A stretch of DNA of 64,000 nt from a virus, in the IMG/VR virus record IMGVR_UViG_3300024520_000055, positions 1 through 64,000 of that record; one strand, given 5' to 3'. Below are positions 30,105 through 41,104 of this stretch, one piece after another. How positions within the stretch are numbered: the first letter of the stretch is position 1; each line of letters starts with the position of its first letter. A model generated the notes under the pieces. That model was not told the origin of the DNA, made no database searches, and was given only the letters and a program-made list of their open reading frames with translations. The position numbers and the translations under genes are program-made.

Positions 30105-33100
30105 TCCTCTCCGGAACCACTCTCCAGTCCTACCTCAGTAACCTGGGGTCGTTCTACCAGCGTTACTTCGCGAACCAGGGAGTCTACGATACTCTCCTCC
30201 ACGGGGCTGAAGAGCTTCTCCAAGAGGCCTACTACACCCTGATGGAGACGGTCTATCAGAATGACCGTCTCAACATGCGCCTCTTTCACAGGAGGCTCTG
30301 GCTTCCGATAGACCTGGACTTGCTCAACGTCACAGCGATGGAACAGCCCGACCAGGTCAAGCCTGCGTACCGCATTCCCTTGGTCGACACGACCTTCGCC
30401 GAGATCCCTTACCTGTCCGACCGAATCGGGCATCCGCGCTTGCTCCTTCGTTCAGGAAAGGACTACTGGGTTGAAGACGGAGCGCTCCTCGTCACAGCAG
30501 AAACGTATGCCCTCCTCTCAGTAGACCCTCGTGTCTCTCGGACGGAGGGTGTCGAAACCATCCCGGAGTTCCTGGAACGCCCCAATCCATCTCGCACACC
30601 ACAGGCGTTGCCGATTCCCCCGACGGGAGACGAGTACCCGTACAACATCAATGCCGCAGAACAAATCTGGCCCAGCATTGGCCCCTTCATCGACGCAGGA
30701 AAGCCTGCTGTCTTGTCCGTGCGTCTGTGGGCCCCGCGTGTCGAGGTAGACGAAGCAGCCCTCGAACGTTTTTGGGGGGCGCTCATTGATGTTGAGCTCG
30801 ACTCGGACGAGTTGCACCGGCTATTCGTGGACTCCCTGCTCTGGCTCTTCTTCCAAGGTCCGTCGCAACGGGTGTTCTCCCAGTGCCTCAACATGGCAGC
30901 GGGGCTCCCCCTAGTAAGCGAGGACGCTGTCCTCGTTGGCGCTGTGCTGTCGGGCACAGATTACGTGGTGTCCGTTAAGGCGTGGCGCGCTGCGGGTTGG
31001 GAAGACCAGACCTACACCTTCGACGCAGACTACAACATCGATCCGCGTCTCCTGGACTCCAACAATTTCGGGGCACTCATTCTTCGTAAAGGCGACGTGC
31101 TGACAGGCTTCTTTGACTACAGGGACAACCTCAACGATCCTGACTGGTGGCACAACGCCGTCATCCCTGCGGACCTTTTCAATGCAGAGGCTTACCGGCG
31201 TGCGGCTACGCCAGAGCGGGAAGAGTTCCTCATCACAGACGCCGACCCCGACTACATCGGGGACCCCCAGCTCTACATCGGAGCGGACGAAGACGGCACT
31301 ATCAATCCTGCCGTGCGCATCAAGGACACGGACGTCGAGGCTTACGCAGGGCACCCCGACGCCACTGAGGACTACAACGACTTCTACCTCAAGGGCGACG
31401 AAGGACAGCTCTCAATCCTTCCCGCGGTGGGCCCCGGTACCCCTGGCGCACGCATCCTGGGACCGCACACGATCGTACTTGAAGTGGACGAGCCCATTGG
31501 CGCCGGAGGCCTGGCAGTCGCCAGTGCCGCACCGCGCACCATTCGCCTAAAGCACACAGCCAAGATTGTGAACATGGCGCTGGGTTCCGAGACGCGTCCG
31601 TCCGGATACGACGGAGAGGTGCCGGGGGACGACAGTAAGCCATTCAGATTTGACGTGGGTGCAGCAGCGTTCGGAACCTCCGAGGAGCTGGTCGGAGGCT
31701 TTCTCAAGATCACCGGACGGCGTGTGCAGGGGGTCACCGTCCCGTCGCTTCTCGGCGTCGAGGGGAGCTACCCCATCGTACGCATCGCGTCCACTACAGA
31801 GATTGACGTGGTCCCCTCCAACATCACAGAGCACGTCGACGGCGGCGGCCTCTTTGATTCCTATCCCTTTCCGTTTGGACGCACCTACGGCGCCCCGAAC
31901 AACGGGGAAATCAGAGGGCACCTGTCGGGCACAGGGACAGCAGAAGTGGGGGGTTCCGGAGACCCTGATGTGGGGACGTTGGTCGACAGCGGGGGAACAG
32001 CGGCCACGACAGGAGGTCCCGCTCCTACCCAGGTGCAGATCCCCGGTGCAGACCTGGATGACTATGCCAGCACTTCCGTCAACCACGGGTACTACCTGGA
32101 GATCTATGCTGACATTGCAGGAACTCCGGCATGGTTCACCGCGCGGTTCCTCCTCAATGCAGGAGACCCAACCAAGCTCGACGTGACGTGGGTCGGCGGC
32201 ACGAGTCCCGCCTCTACAGGAGAGACCGGGCTCGCGTGGCGCATCAAGAAGCTCGGGAGCATCATTGAGATCACCAGCGGCCTCTTCCTGGAACGAAATG
32301 TCAACGACGTGATCACGCTTTCAGGAAGTAGCACTTGGGGCAATGACGTCGCCTCAACGATTTACGACGTAAACACGGGAGTTACACCGCAGGAACTGAC
32401 GGTTGAAACTCCCAAGTTCCTCCCCGAGTCCGGACTCGACTACGCACATACCCTGCAAGCAGGAAAGAATGCGCTCTTCCTCTTCCCTGTGTCGGAGACA
32501 TTCAGGTTCCAACCTGAGCATGTTGGATTCAACGTCCGTGTCAGTGCTGCGGACAAACCCATCCTCGCTGTGCAGGACGGGCTGACGGCCGAGATCGCAC
32601 AGGAGGCCTCCGCCGCGGGGGCGCCCTGGGGAGTACTGTTGAACGAGACCGACCTCGTATGGGAGTTCATTCCCTCCTTGGCCAACGAACTCGTTGAGCG
32701 GCGCGTGCGCAGTGCGGTACAGGATCCTGCCAACGAGTTCCGCGTGATTGTCGAGTTGTACGGCGAGCCCCTGGTGTTTCCTTTCCCTGATGCGGTGGAA
32801 GAGTGGCCCACTGATGACTTTCCGACGCCCGACGCCACCGGGCAATGGGACAAGCGCACACTGGGAGGCTACGAGGTAGAGGTACTGTCCGCGGCATCAA
32901 TCAAGGACGAATCCATCGCGGGGACCCTCGCGGCATGGGGAGACTACCTCGTTGCCGCGGGTGAGGATTACAACGCGGGAAAGACAAAACGGTATCTCGG
33001 GCTTGTCAATCAAGGAGAACTAACGGACGTCTACGAGGTACTCGGGGCACACCAACTCCCGGTTACCGCTGTCACACCGGACGGGGTGTGGTGGGTCGTG

Positions 33101-33424
33101 GGCCCTGCGGAAGACACATACTCTCTCGAGCCCCCCGAGTGGCCTCCGCCTGGCTGGGCCAATCGCACACACAACGGCGTGAGTGTGGACGCACGGTGGG
33201 AAGTCTCCACCAACGGGCGCGTTCCGGGCAACCGATTCAAGATCGGCTACCGACTATTCCAGAACTACCTGAAGCGGGGGGTGTGGGGCTACGACCTCAC
33301 CAACCCGAACCTGGGGACAGGGGACACCGATATCTTCGTTCTCCAGGTCTTGGAAAAGATCCTAGAGCAGCGGTCGGCGTACACCTTCCCGATGCTCCTC
33401 CCGGGCAGTGTGTTAGGCTCGTAA
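30101..33424 (+). CDS. Baseplate wedge / tail protein
   Basis: About 1107 aa following baseplate J. Confidence 0.55.
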   Translation: MILSGTTLQSYLSNLGSFYQRYFANQGVYDTLLHGAEELLQEAYYTLMETVYQNDRLNMRLFHRRLWLPIDLDLLNVTAMEQPDQVKPAYRIPLVDTTFAEIPYLSDRIGHPRLLLRSGKDYWVEDGALLVTAETYALLSVDPRVSRTEGVETIPEFLERPNPSRTPQALPIPPTGDEYPYNINAAEQIWPSIGPFIDAGKPAVLSVRLWAPRVEVDEAALERFWGALIDVELDSDELHRLFVDSLLWLFFQGPSQRVFSQCLNMAAGLPLVSEDAVLVGAVLSGTDYVVSVKAWRAAGWEDQTYTFDADYNIDPRLLDSNNFGALILRKGDVLTGFFDYRDNLNDPDWWHNAVIPADLFNAEAYRRAATPEREEFLITDADPDYIGDPQLYIGADEDGTINPAVRIKDTDVEAYAGHPDATEDYNDFYLKGDEGQLSILPAVGPGTPGARILGPHTIVLEVDEPIGAGGLAVASAAPRTIRLKHTAKIVNMALGSETRPSGYDGEVPGDDSKPFRFDVGAAAFGTSEELVGGFLKITGRRVQGVTVPSLLGVEGSYPIVRIASTTEIDVVPSNITEHVDGGGLFDSYPFPFGRTYGAPNNGEIRGHLSGTGTAEVGGSGDPDVGTLVDSGGTAATTGGPAPTQVQIPGADLDDYASTSVNHGYYLEIYADIAGTPAWFTARFLLNAGDPTKLDVTWVGGTSPASTGETGLAWRIKKLGSIIEITSGLFLERNVNDVITLSGSSTWGNDVASTIYDVNTGVTPQELTVETPKFLPESGLDYAHTLQAGKNALFLFPVSETFRFQPEHVGFNVRVSAADKPILAVQDGLTAEIAQEASAAGAPWGVLLNETDLVWEFIPSLANELVERRVRSAVQDPANEFRVIVELYGEPLVFPFPDAVEEWPTDDFPTPDATGQWDKRTLGGYEVEVLSAASIKDESIAGTLAAWGDYLVAAGEDYNAGKTKRYLGLVNQGELTDVYEVLGAHQLPVTAVTPDGVWWVVGPAEDTYSLEPPEWPPPGWANRTHNGVSVDARWEVSTNGRVPGNRFKIGYRLFQNYLKRGVWGYDLTNPNLGTGDTDIFVLQVLEKILEQRSAYTFPMLLPGSVLGS

Positions 33425-33515
33425 AAAGGTTTGCAATGGGACTCTGATGCGCGCGATCCTGGTGTTCTACATATAGAACGGGTAAAATCCTGTCCCAACG
33501 AACAGAGAGGGCACA

Positions 33516-36500
33516 ATGACCCGGGATTTCATCAAGTTCGAAGAAGGAAATGACACTGGCGACAACCTCTCGGAGAGCATCGCGCCTGTAGAGGCGGGGG
33601 ATGCGGCCAGTCCACAGGATCAGAACCGGCCTCTCGACGTGCTGCGCGCAAGGACTGAGGTTCTTCGCGCTGCCTGCGATAACGCCCTCTTCCTCGCCGC
33701 AGAGGACAGAGCGCTGGCGATCACCTGCCCAGGCGCCCTGCACTGGGGAGGTCCGTTCGATCCAACACTGGCTCCCGTTGCAGACGAGGACGCCCTCGAT
33801 GGCTATACGGGACGCATCGGAATCGGAGGAGACTTGCACGTCGTCTCGCTGACGACTCCGAACAGCACGATCTTCTCGAGTCTCCAACATACGGACATCA
33901 AGTTCACCACACGGAAGACTGCGGCGGACGGAGGACGTCAGGTTTCGATCGAGATCGAGGACACCACGGACGTTTCTGTCCTGACCCTTACCGTGACGGG
34001 TACCCCCAAGAGACATCTCCTGATCCAGTTTGACTCCGGGACCTCAACTCCCACGGTACAAGAAGTCTTTGACGCCCTGACCGACACGGCAGACAGTGCG
34101 TTCAATGCCGAGGCCTCGGCCCTCATCCTCCCTGAGATCACGGGCACAGCAGGGAATCCCATCCTCGAGCTGTCCAAGATCTACCTGGTCCCGGGGTGGG
34201 ACTTCGAGTACCACGTCATCCACAAGGGAGTCCTCGACGCGTTCTTCAACATCGATGACAACCGTCTGGCCGAGGGGGACAACCTCTGTCTGCGCTTCAA
34301 CACCCTCTTGGATCGGCGACAGTCCCTCAAGGACGGAACCCCATCCGATGGTATCTCGGTCAGCCCCGTAACCGAGCCCACCGTCACCGAGACTGCCCTG
34401 GTTGTTGGGCGCAATGACACCAGCCACCTGGAAAACGCGATCCCCCTGGCCAAGGTGGACGGCGGCAACCTGGTTCTCATGAATGGTGTCCCGCTGCGTC
34501 CCGGGCACTTCTGGGCTCCCGAGGGCGCACAGTTCTCGGATTCCGTATCGCATACGGCCCGCGAGATCCACGTCCGCACAGTAACACTGGCGACCTTCGA
34601 GATTTCCGGGGGAACGATTCCCAAGCGGCATCTCCTGCGGACCTATCTCAACACCCCGCGGAAGCGCGCGCTCAAGGGTAACGTAGTCATCATTGCAGGA
34701 GGGGCGTACTACGTCGAGGGGCAGCACTTCGTCGTCGACTCCTACCGTGACAGCATCCTTCAGCTCGTCGAGTTCGCCTCGGCCATGGGCAACGTGTACT
34801 TCCGCGAGATGCCGGACATCGCTGAGAACCTGGGAGCGTCCGCGGCAACCATGGGACCGCCTGCGGCTCTCATCGGATTGGACACCCGGTTCTTCGAGCG
34901 CCATCCAGACCGCGACCGCATGATCGATGTCCAAAGTGCGCTGGAACGTCTGGTCATCACAGCGGTCACGGTCGCCGAAGCTGCGGCACTCTCGTCGCGA
35001 CTCGAGGAAGTCCTTGGAGTCTACTACTCCCCTATTGCCGGAGGACGCACGGTCCTCAACATGGGAAGCCTGACAGGCGTCCGGAGGATGCAGGCTCCTA
35101 CGGAAATGCAGACCCAGTACTGGCAGGAGTACAGCGGAACGCGCCCCAACCTGTGGGAGCTCGGGGGCAGGGTCCTGTCACCAAAGCAGTATGGCATCGT
35201 TGCTGATGGAGAAGCACTCACGGACGTGGGCACTCTCGTTCCCTCTGGGGCATTCCCAATCCCGAGTGACCTCTCTGCCACCGAACAGGACTTCGGGGCA
35301 AACTGGGCGACGCAGGGGAAACCAGGGACAGTAGACCTCGCGACCCAGATCGCAGCCATCCAGTTCGGCGAGGCCATCAGCGGCAATGCTCTCGCGGACA
35401 AGTGGCGTGCCTTGGTCACCAGCGGCAGCAAGGCGTTGGCGCTGACCGAGCTTCGTGATTACCCGATGCCTGTCACAGTCTCTCCGACGGGCTCTCGCTC
35501 CTTCGGACTTCACAACGCTACACACTACGGAGACAGTGCTACCGTCATCAACGCTGCGGTAGCAACAGCACGCTCGCGCGGGCTTCATCAGGTGTTCCTG
35601 ATGCCTGGTGAGTACACCATTGACGCCGCAGTCGACGCGCCCGACATCGATTTCATCGGAATTGGTTCCGAAGACAACCGCCCCATCGTAGTTTTCGACA
35701 GTAGCAACATGCTCTCGGCGTCATTCACAGGGGCGTTCGCGGCGCTGCGCCTCAACAACGCGCGAAACCTCAACTTTGCGTTCAAGTCCAATGGAACGTC
35801 CAGCCCGAATTTGCACGGGATCTTCGAGACCGATGCAAACCTCATCTCCTGTATCGGTGTCCGCAACTGGGTCAAGGAATGCTCGTTCACGTCTTACGAT
35901 TTGCGCACCAACCAGACCGATTTGTTGAACGGAGGCGTCAGCAACGGGGAAACGGTCATCTTCCGCCAGATCTCAGCGATCATCGGAGATCGCTACAAGA
36001 GCACCGCGGCACCGTCGGGCTTCATGCGAGCGGACACCGTCTTCGGACTGTTCTTCCCCAAGGTCCAGGATTGCTTCTTCTTGGGAATGTTCATGGGAAT
36101 CCCGACCTACTCAGGGACCCACGCGTCGCGAGCGTTCATCGACCTGGGAGCCGAAGAGGGGGATTCGTACATCGCGGGGTGGGAGTGCAGCTGGTACCAC
36201 CAGGCCATGATCGGAGGCTTTTGGGACCTGGACTGGTTGTCGTCCGGAACCGAATCCGACATGCGCTGCTTCCCGCTGGATCTCGTTAACTGTGGCTTCG
36301 TTACCTGCGGGGTTGTCATCGACTCCGATGAGCCTCCCGCGGCTGGCTCCCCGACCAACCCGTTCGAAGTCGATCTTGATGCAGGCCCTGCGGTTGCGAT
36401 TCAAGGCATGTCCATCATGGCCATGGCGCGGCGCGTGCACCAGTGCACGTTCCGTGATGTCCTCATCAATAACAGATGCGAACAGATTCCGGGCAACCCA

Positions 36501-38204
36501 GCGACAGACCAGGAGTACGATATCGCGTTCCACTCGGCACTTGGGCTGATGGCGGCCGAGATCGTCGGGTGCGAGGGAGGAAGAGAACTCACCCCGGTAG
36601 GCGGCTTCGGCGTGCACAACGGAATCAACTTCGTCGCCAAAACCGTGCATCACGCAGGGCCGCTGACCTTTATTATCCCCGCGGGAGGCCCCTTCGGGGA
36701 AATGTGGGCGTTCGCTGCTTGCATGCGTGACAATCACTTCGACATCATCCAGCAGTTCGAAGACGAAACGGCCTCAACGAACGTGACCATTGGTGCCTTC
36801 TTGCCCTCGTTCTCTGCTGTGTGGCTGGACCCCGCTTTCAGAGCGCTCGCGCTCGAAGAGCCGGTCTCCACCATTGACGGGGCACCGTATGTCTATGGGA
36901 TGCACTCGTCGGGAATGGTGTACGAGAACAACCAGCTTTCCCTTGCGGGCGTGACGACTTCGGGCCTCTACATCTCGGCAAACTACGTTGTCCTCGGAGC
37001 CAATTGGCTGCGCCGCATGGGACTCGACAACCTTCCCGGAGGGCCTCCGGCTATCGGAGACTCCCCGGTCAACTACATCTCGGTGCGCGACAACTTTGTT
37101 CGCGGCATCCGAACTGACGACTACAACGGCGCATCCAATGCCTCTGCGCATTACACGGTAGCAGCAAGTGCTGGAGGTGGCCTCAACAAGTGGGCCGATC
37201 CGGGCGGGGACAGCCTTTATTGGATGTGCGTAGGAGTCATCTCTCATAACTACGGGTTCCCGCTGCTTTCCCCGGGACCTTTCGACTCACACACCCCGAG
37301 TGGGTATTCCCAAAGGATCATTCGCGATAGCGACATTGCGGCGCTGACATTGGACGACGACTTCTGGGATGACAGCCGAATGAAATCTGTCAGCCTCGAC
37401 TACGAACTCGAACCGGAAGTAGCAGGACGAAGGAACACGGTCCTCATTGGAGGAGGAACGGGCAGGACGCTGGATCTTCCGCCGGATGCCCCCGACGGGA
37501 CGTCATTCATCATCAAGGCTATTTCGGCAGGCCCACACACAATCGACTGCGACCCGCTCTCAGGTGGAACCATCAAGTTCGAGGATGGGGTGACCACCAC
37601 TCTGGCAAACGACGCGGTCAACGACATCATCGAGGTCATCCGGGAAGGTGACCGTTGGTACGTCTTGAACGTCGTCGGATGGGGATTGACCGCCTTCGAT
37701 ATCACGGTGCAGGAAGATGGCAGCAACATCCCGAACACGCCACACTCCACGCTAAACTTCACACAAGGAGTCCTTGCGGAGGACGGGGGCGCCGGGGTGG
37801 CGACCATTCTCGGCAGTCTGATCAAACAGGGTTCGAGTGTCTTGGCCTCCGACACGACGACTACTTCGGGTACTCCGGTTACGCTGCACTCATTTAGCTA
37901 CACGAAGCTGAGGGCCGATTCACTTCTCATGGTCATTGCCATCGTTTCGGCCAGCAATGACAACAATGACAAGTGGATTCGTTTTCGGCTGCTCATCGGG
38001 GCTAGTGTTGAGTGCGGTGCGGCCATTGTGGGCAAGGCTAACGAGGGCAATTGCGCAACGCTGATCACAGTAGCGTCAGGTCTTGCTGCTGGGTCGCACA
38101 CGCTTCTGGTTGATTGGGCAACAGAGGCCAATACTGCACAGTGTCAGCCTGCTACAACGGACTACGAGGAGTGCAAAATCTTTGCACTGGAAATTTTGAT
38201 CTGA
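33516..38204 (+). CDS. Tail fibre/spike protein
   Basis: 1562 aa with a beta-helix-like entry motif (INAAVATA...VFLMPGEYTI) and C-terminal fibre-like modules. Confidence 0.65.
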   Translation: MTRDFIKFEEGNDTGDNLSESIAPVEAGDAASPQDQNRPLDVLRARTEVLRAACDNALFLAAEDRALAITCPGALHWGGPFDPTLAPVADEDALDGYTGRIGIGGDLHVVSLTTPNSTIFSSLQHTDIKFTTRKTAADGGRQVSIEIEDTTDVSVLTLTVTGTPKRHLLIQFDSGTSTPTVQEVFDALTDTADSAFNAEASALILPEITGTAGNPILELSKIYLVPGWDFEYHVIHKGVLDAFFNIDDNRLAEGDNLCLRFNTLLDRRQSLKDGTPSDGISVSPVTEPTVTETALVVGRNDTSHLENAIPLAKVDGGNLVLMNGVPLRPGHFWAPEGAQFSDSVSHTAREIHVRTVTLATFEISGGTIPKRHLLRTYLNTPRKRALKGNVVIIAGGAYYVEGQHFVVDSYRDSILQLVEFASAMGNVYFREMPDIAENLGASAATMGPPAALIGLDTRFFERHPDRDRMIDVQSALERLVITAVTVAEAAALSSRLEEVLGVYYSPIAGGRTVLNMGSLTGVRRMQAPTEMQTQYWQEYSGTRPNLWELGGRVLSPKQYGIVADGEALTDVGTLVPSGAFPIPSDLSATEQDFGANWATQGKPGTVDLATQIAAIQFGEAISGNALADKWRALVTSGSKALALTELRDYPMPVTVSPTGSRSFGLHNATHYGDSATVINAAVATARSRGLHQVFLMPGEYTIDAAVDAPDIDFIGIGSEDNRPIVVFDSSNMLSASFTGAFAALRLNNARNLNFAFKSNGTSSPNLHGIFETDANLISCIGVRNWVKECSFTSYDLRTNQTDLLNGGVSNGETVIFRQISAIIGDRYKSTAAPSGFMRADTVFGLFFPKVQDCFFLGMFMGIPTYSGTHASRAFIDLGAEEGDSYIAGWECSWYHQAMIGGFWDLDWLSSGTESDMRCFPLDLVNCGFVTCGVVIDSDEPPAAGSPTNPFEVDLDAGPAVAIQGMSIMAMARRVHQCTFRDVLINNRCEQIPGNPATDQEYDIAFHSALGLMAAEIVGCEGGRELTPVGGFGVHNGINFVAKTVHHAGPLTFIIPAGGPFGEMWAFAACMRDNHFDIIQQFEDETASTNVTIGAFLPSFSAVWLDPAFRALALEEPVSTIDGAPYVYGMHSSGMVYENNQLSLAGVTTSGLYISANYVVLGANWLRRMGLDNLPGGPPAIGDSPVNYISVRDNFVRGIRTDDYNGASNASAHYTVAASAGGGLNKWADPGGDSLYWMCVGVISHNYGFPLLSPGPFDSHTPSGYSQRIIRDSDIAALTLDDDFWDDSRMKSVSLDYELEPEVAGRRNTVLIGGGTGRTLDLPPDAPDGTSFIIKAISAGPHTIDCDPLSGGTIKFEDGVTTTLANDAVNDIIEVIREGDRWYVLNVVGWGLTAFDITVQEDGSNIPNTPHSTLNFTQGVLAEDGGAGVATILGSLIKQGSSVLASDTTTTSGTPVTLHSFSYTKLRADSLLMVIAIVSASNDNNDKWIRFRLLIGASVECGAAIVGKANEGNCATLITVASGLAAGSHTLLVDWATEANTAQCQPATTDYEECKIFALEILI

Positions 38205-38217
38205 GCTGGAGGTAGAG

Positions 38218-38787
38218 ATGCCGCCTACCAATTATCAGTATTCCATCGCGGATGACACGCCGGATGGATCGGTGGATTCCTCTCGAATGTTGGTCGAGAT
38301 CGGTAATGCCGACATCGATACAGATTTTCAGCGGATTGACACCGTTGGAGATGTGCTCGACATCTGGTTTGTGGATGCGTTGTCCGGGGCCGAAGAGACG
38401 ACGCTGAACGGCTTGGTAGCTGCCCACAACTTCTTGGCTGCTGTGAAGGCCAAGAAGTTCGCAGCGATTGACGTGCGGACTGTGGAGCTGATCGAGACGG
38501 GTTACACATTCAACGGCAAGAAGTTCAGCCTTTCGCTCCCAGCGCAGATCAGGACAATGGGAATCCATCAGGTGCGCGACAACCCGGCGGTCGTCTACCC
38601 GATCAAGTGGAACACACGGGACGACGACGAGGCGGTCGATGTTCCTGACAGCGCTACAGTCGACGGAATGTATCTGACTGGACTCGGTACCTACCGTGCA
38701 CACGTTGACGGGGGGACAACGCTAAAGGATCTGGTACGTGCGGCAACAACGATCGCCGAGGTCGAAGCCGTCGTGGATCCAAGATGA
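38218..38787 (+). CDS. Tail fibre assembly-like protein (DUF4376-like C-terminus)
   Basis: GYTFNGKKFSLS...IKWNTRDD...LKDLVRAATTIAEVEAV. Confidence 0.55.
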   Translation: MPPTNYQYSIADDTPDGSVDSSRMLVEIGNADIDTDFQRIDTVGDVLDIWFVDALSGAEETTLNGLVAAHNFLAAVKAKKFAAIDVRTVELIETGYTFNGKKFSLSLPAQIRTMGIHQVRDNPAVVYPIKWNTRDDDEAVDVPDSATVDGMYLTGLGTYRAHVDGGTTLKDLVRAATTIAEVEAVVDPR

Positions 38788-39305
38788 CCGACATCCGCAT
38801 CGTCTTCACGACCGATAACGCCTGGTACTCCAGGCTGATACGCTCCATCACACGGAGCAAGGTCAGCCACGTCCTGGTCTCGTTTTACTCTCCCTGCCTG
38901 GGCAAGGTTGTGGCAATGCACGCGACGCCGACAGGGTATGTGGTCGAGCCCTGGAAACGCATCGTGGCGACGCGGCGTGTCGTGGCCATGTATCGCTGTA
39001 CTATCCCGCTGGATGACGCGGTCAAGGATCTGGCTGAGTGGCTCGGCACGCGCTACAACTACGCGGGTGTTTTTGGGGCAGCCATTCAGGCTATTGCGGC
39101 TCTCTTCGGACGCCGTATCCGCAATCCACTCAACGATGCGCGTAAGTTGTACTGTAGCGAAGCAATCGTCAGGCTGGTCCAGTTTCCCCCTGTGCCGCGA
39201 AGCGTGGTGCTCGTTCCGGAAAGCACGAGTCCGGAGAGGCTCCTCAGCAAATACATCAACGTAGAAAGGAAGCTCTTTCCCAAGGTCCCCAGAGAGGCTG
39301 CGTAA
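38784..39305 (+). CDS. Permuted papain-like (NlpC/P60, YiiX/YebB-like) enzyme
   Basis: SHV near the N-terminus, G..YNY, YCSE catalytic Cys. Confidence 0.75.
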   Translation: MTDIRIVFTTDNAWYSRLIRSITRSKVSHVLVSFYSPCLGKVVAMHATPTGYVVEPWKRIVATRRVVAMYRCTIPLDDAVKDLAEWLGTRYNYAGVFGAAIQAIAALFGRRIRNPLNDARKLYCSEAIVRLVQFPPVPRSVVLVPESTSPERLLSKYINVERKLFPKVPREAA

Positions 39306-39670
39306 TGCCCACACTCTTGGCCAAACTTGCCGCTGCGACCAAGAACGCCAAACCCTACTGGCGTTGGTTTCTGGCAGCGCTTCTCTTTGTCCTGGTTCTT
39401 TTGGCTGCGTACGTTATCTGGCGCAAGCTAGAACGTCTCCGGCAGCTCGAGAACGAGCACGCGGTGCTCAAGGAGAAGCTGAAGCACGACCAGATCAAGT
39501 CCAAGCTCGTAACCAATGCCGAAGAGCGCAAGAAACTCCAGGGCCAAATCGAAGCCCTGGAGAAAAAAGAAGAGAGCATCACGAAGAAGATAGAGATCGA
39601 GAAGGAAACGTCCAAGGCGCTCCAAGATAGCATTGCCAAGGCCAAGTCCTGGAAGGACCTGGAAGCATGA
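39305..39670 (+). CDS. Membrane-anchored coiled-coil protein (spanin-like)
   Basis: N-terminal TM WFLAALLFVLVLLAAYVIW followed by a coiled coil. Confidence 0.5.
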   Translation: MPTLLAKLAAATKNAKPYWRWFLAALLFVLVLLAAYVIWRKLERLRQLENEHAVLKEKLKHDQIKSKLVTNAEERKKLQGQIEALEKKEESITKKIEIEKETSKALQDSIAKAKSWKDLEA

Positions 39671-40167
39671 AATACGTGACGCCTCTCCTGATTGCCTACC
39701 TGGTTCCGTTCCTGGCATTGGCCGCGGACAAACCGCTGTCCCTCGAGAAGTTCTCACTCATCCCGAAGTGGGTGGAGTGTCCCGTCACGGAACGCGACCC
39801 TGACAGCGATAAAGGCTACGTTTGTTACGATTTCAACGCAGCACAGTCCCTCCTCACAATCGAGGCCGAGGCAATCGGTTGGCACAACATCAACCTGCAA
39901 CTCAACCTGAAGGTGAAGAACCTAGACGAGCAGATTGTCCACTACAGGGGCATGTCAGTTAGTCTGGAAGGTGACGTCAAACGCCTGACCGAAGGTTACA
40001 GCGGGGCGATGAAGATCATTACGGAGACCGCGGACCGGGCTCGTCGGGCGGAGAAGCGAGACGCTCTTGGGGGAGCCCTGCCTTGGCTTGTCGCCGCAGC
40101 TGCATTGCTGCTCGTAGGGGGTTTCCTTGCTGGGTGGTTTGGGAACCAGGAGGCAGCCAAACCCTGA
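39667..40167 (+). CDS. Secreted/membrane coiled-coil protein (lysis-associated?)
   Basis: Signal-peptide-like N-terminus, coiled coil, C-terminal TM. Confidence 0.45.
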   Translation: MKYVTPLLIAYLVPFLALAADKPLSLEKFSLIPKWVECPVTERDPDSDKGYVCYDFNAAQSLLTIEAEAIGWHNINLQLNLKVKNLDEQIVHYRGMSVSLEGDVKRLTEGYSGAMKIITETADRARRAEKRDALGGALPWLVAAAALLLVGGFLAGWFGNQEAAKP

Positions 40168-40549
40168 TCCCCTTGACCTCCATGGTCTGGTGTCCGTGCT
40201 TCGCGTTGAACTTCCGAAGCCCCGTTACGCAGACCTCCTGCTTTCTCACTTTCCCGCGTAAATAGGTCACGTAGCCCTTGCCCCAGCATTGCTTACAGTT
40301 GGAGCCACAACACGCGCCGATGTCCGCAAATACTACAGGGCGCAGGGTGTCGTCGGGAGCGGCATCGAGGAGGTCCGGGATCTCCGGAACCTCTGCCAGA
40401 CAGGTACTCTTCTCGGTGGCGCGGCCAGTGGTGATAGGAACAGTAGGAGCGTCCGCAGGATAGACGTTCCCTACATGTTGAACGGCTTTTTGGAACGGGG
40501 TTTCTTCGGATTTGGCTTCAGGATCTTCCGTATCACTTCCGCTTCGCAT
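40019..40549 (-). CDS. Small zinc-finger protein; start uncertain
   Basis: CCGSNCKQCWGKG...VC, directly downstream of RuvC. Confidence 0.4.
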   Translation of the reverse strand: MRSGSDTEDPEAKSEETPFQKAVQHVGNVYPADAPTVPITTGRATEKSTCLAEVPEIPDLLDAAPDDTLRPVVFADIGACCGSNCKQCWGKGYVTYLRGKVRKQEVCVTGLRKFNAKHGHQTMEVKGIRVWLPPGSQTTQQGNPLRAAMQLRRQAKAGLPQERLASPPDEPGPRSP

Positions 40550-41058
40550 CTCTTCTCCCTCGTTGATCTCCCCAGATCACATCCTTCTGCTATCAGAGCT
40601 AGCGCAAAAGCATCGGAGGTGTCAAGCGAGGTTGGGACGGTTCCCGTGATCTCCACCACCGCATCCCGCACATGCTCCTTTTTAGCCCCGCCGTTCCCCG
40701 CGGCAAACAGCTTCAACTGGGAAGGGGCCACGTCAACGTAGGGCACCTCTGCAACCGCGCAGGCTAGCCTCACGGCGCCCCCAACTTCGCCCGCAGCGAA
40801 CGGACGGTAGGCTGCCTCGGTCGCATAGCTCTCGATGGCAACAAGCACGGGGCGTTCTGCGCGCAGGAGGGCCAGCAGGCCCGCATAGATTTTACGCAGG
40901 CGGTCTCCGTCGCTTCCCCCAGGAACGGGCGTGGCTCGGACCTCCATCTGAAGCCGGATCTCCCCGTTCTTCCAGACCGCTAGTCCCGTGCAAGTGTACG
41001 AGGGATCCACGCCCACATAAGCCTGCCCACGATTGGTTGCCCGCGCTCCCTCGTTCAT
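40471..41058 (-). CDS. ruvC: RuvC-like Holliday junction resolvase
   Basis: YVGVDPSYTCTG, VAIE, PSQLKLFAAGNGGAKKE, DTSDAFALA. Confidence 0.88.
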   Translation of the reverse strand: MNEGARATNRGQAYVGVDPSYTCTGLAVWKNGEIRLQMEVRATPVPGGSDGDRLRKIYAGLLALLRAERPVLVAIESYATEAAYRPFAAGEVGGAVRLACAVAEVPYVDVAPSQLKLFAAGNGGAKKEHVRDAVVEITGTVPTSLDTSDAFALALIAEGCDLGRSTREKRCEAEVIRKILKPNPKKPRSKKPFNM

Positions 41059-41104
41059 AGTATTCTTTCTACCCGAGACCTCTGCGAAAGGCAAAGGGAA
41101 CGCC

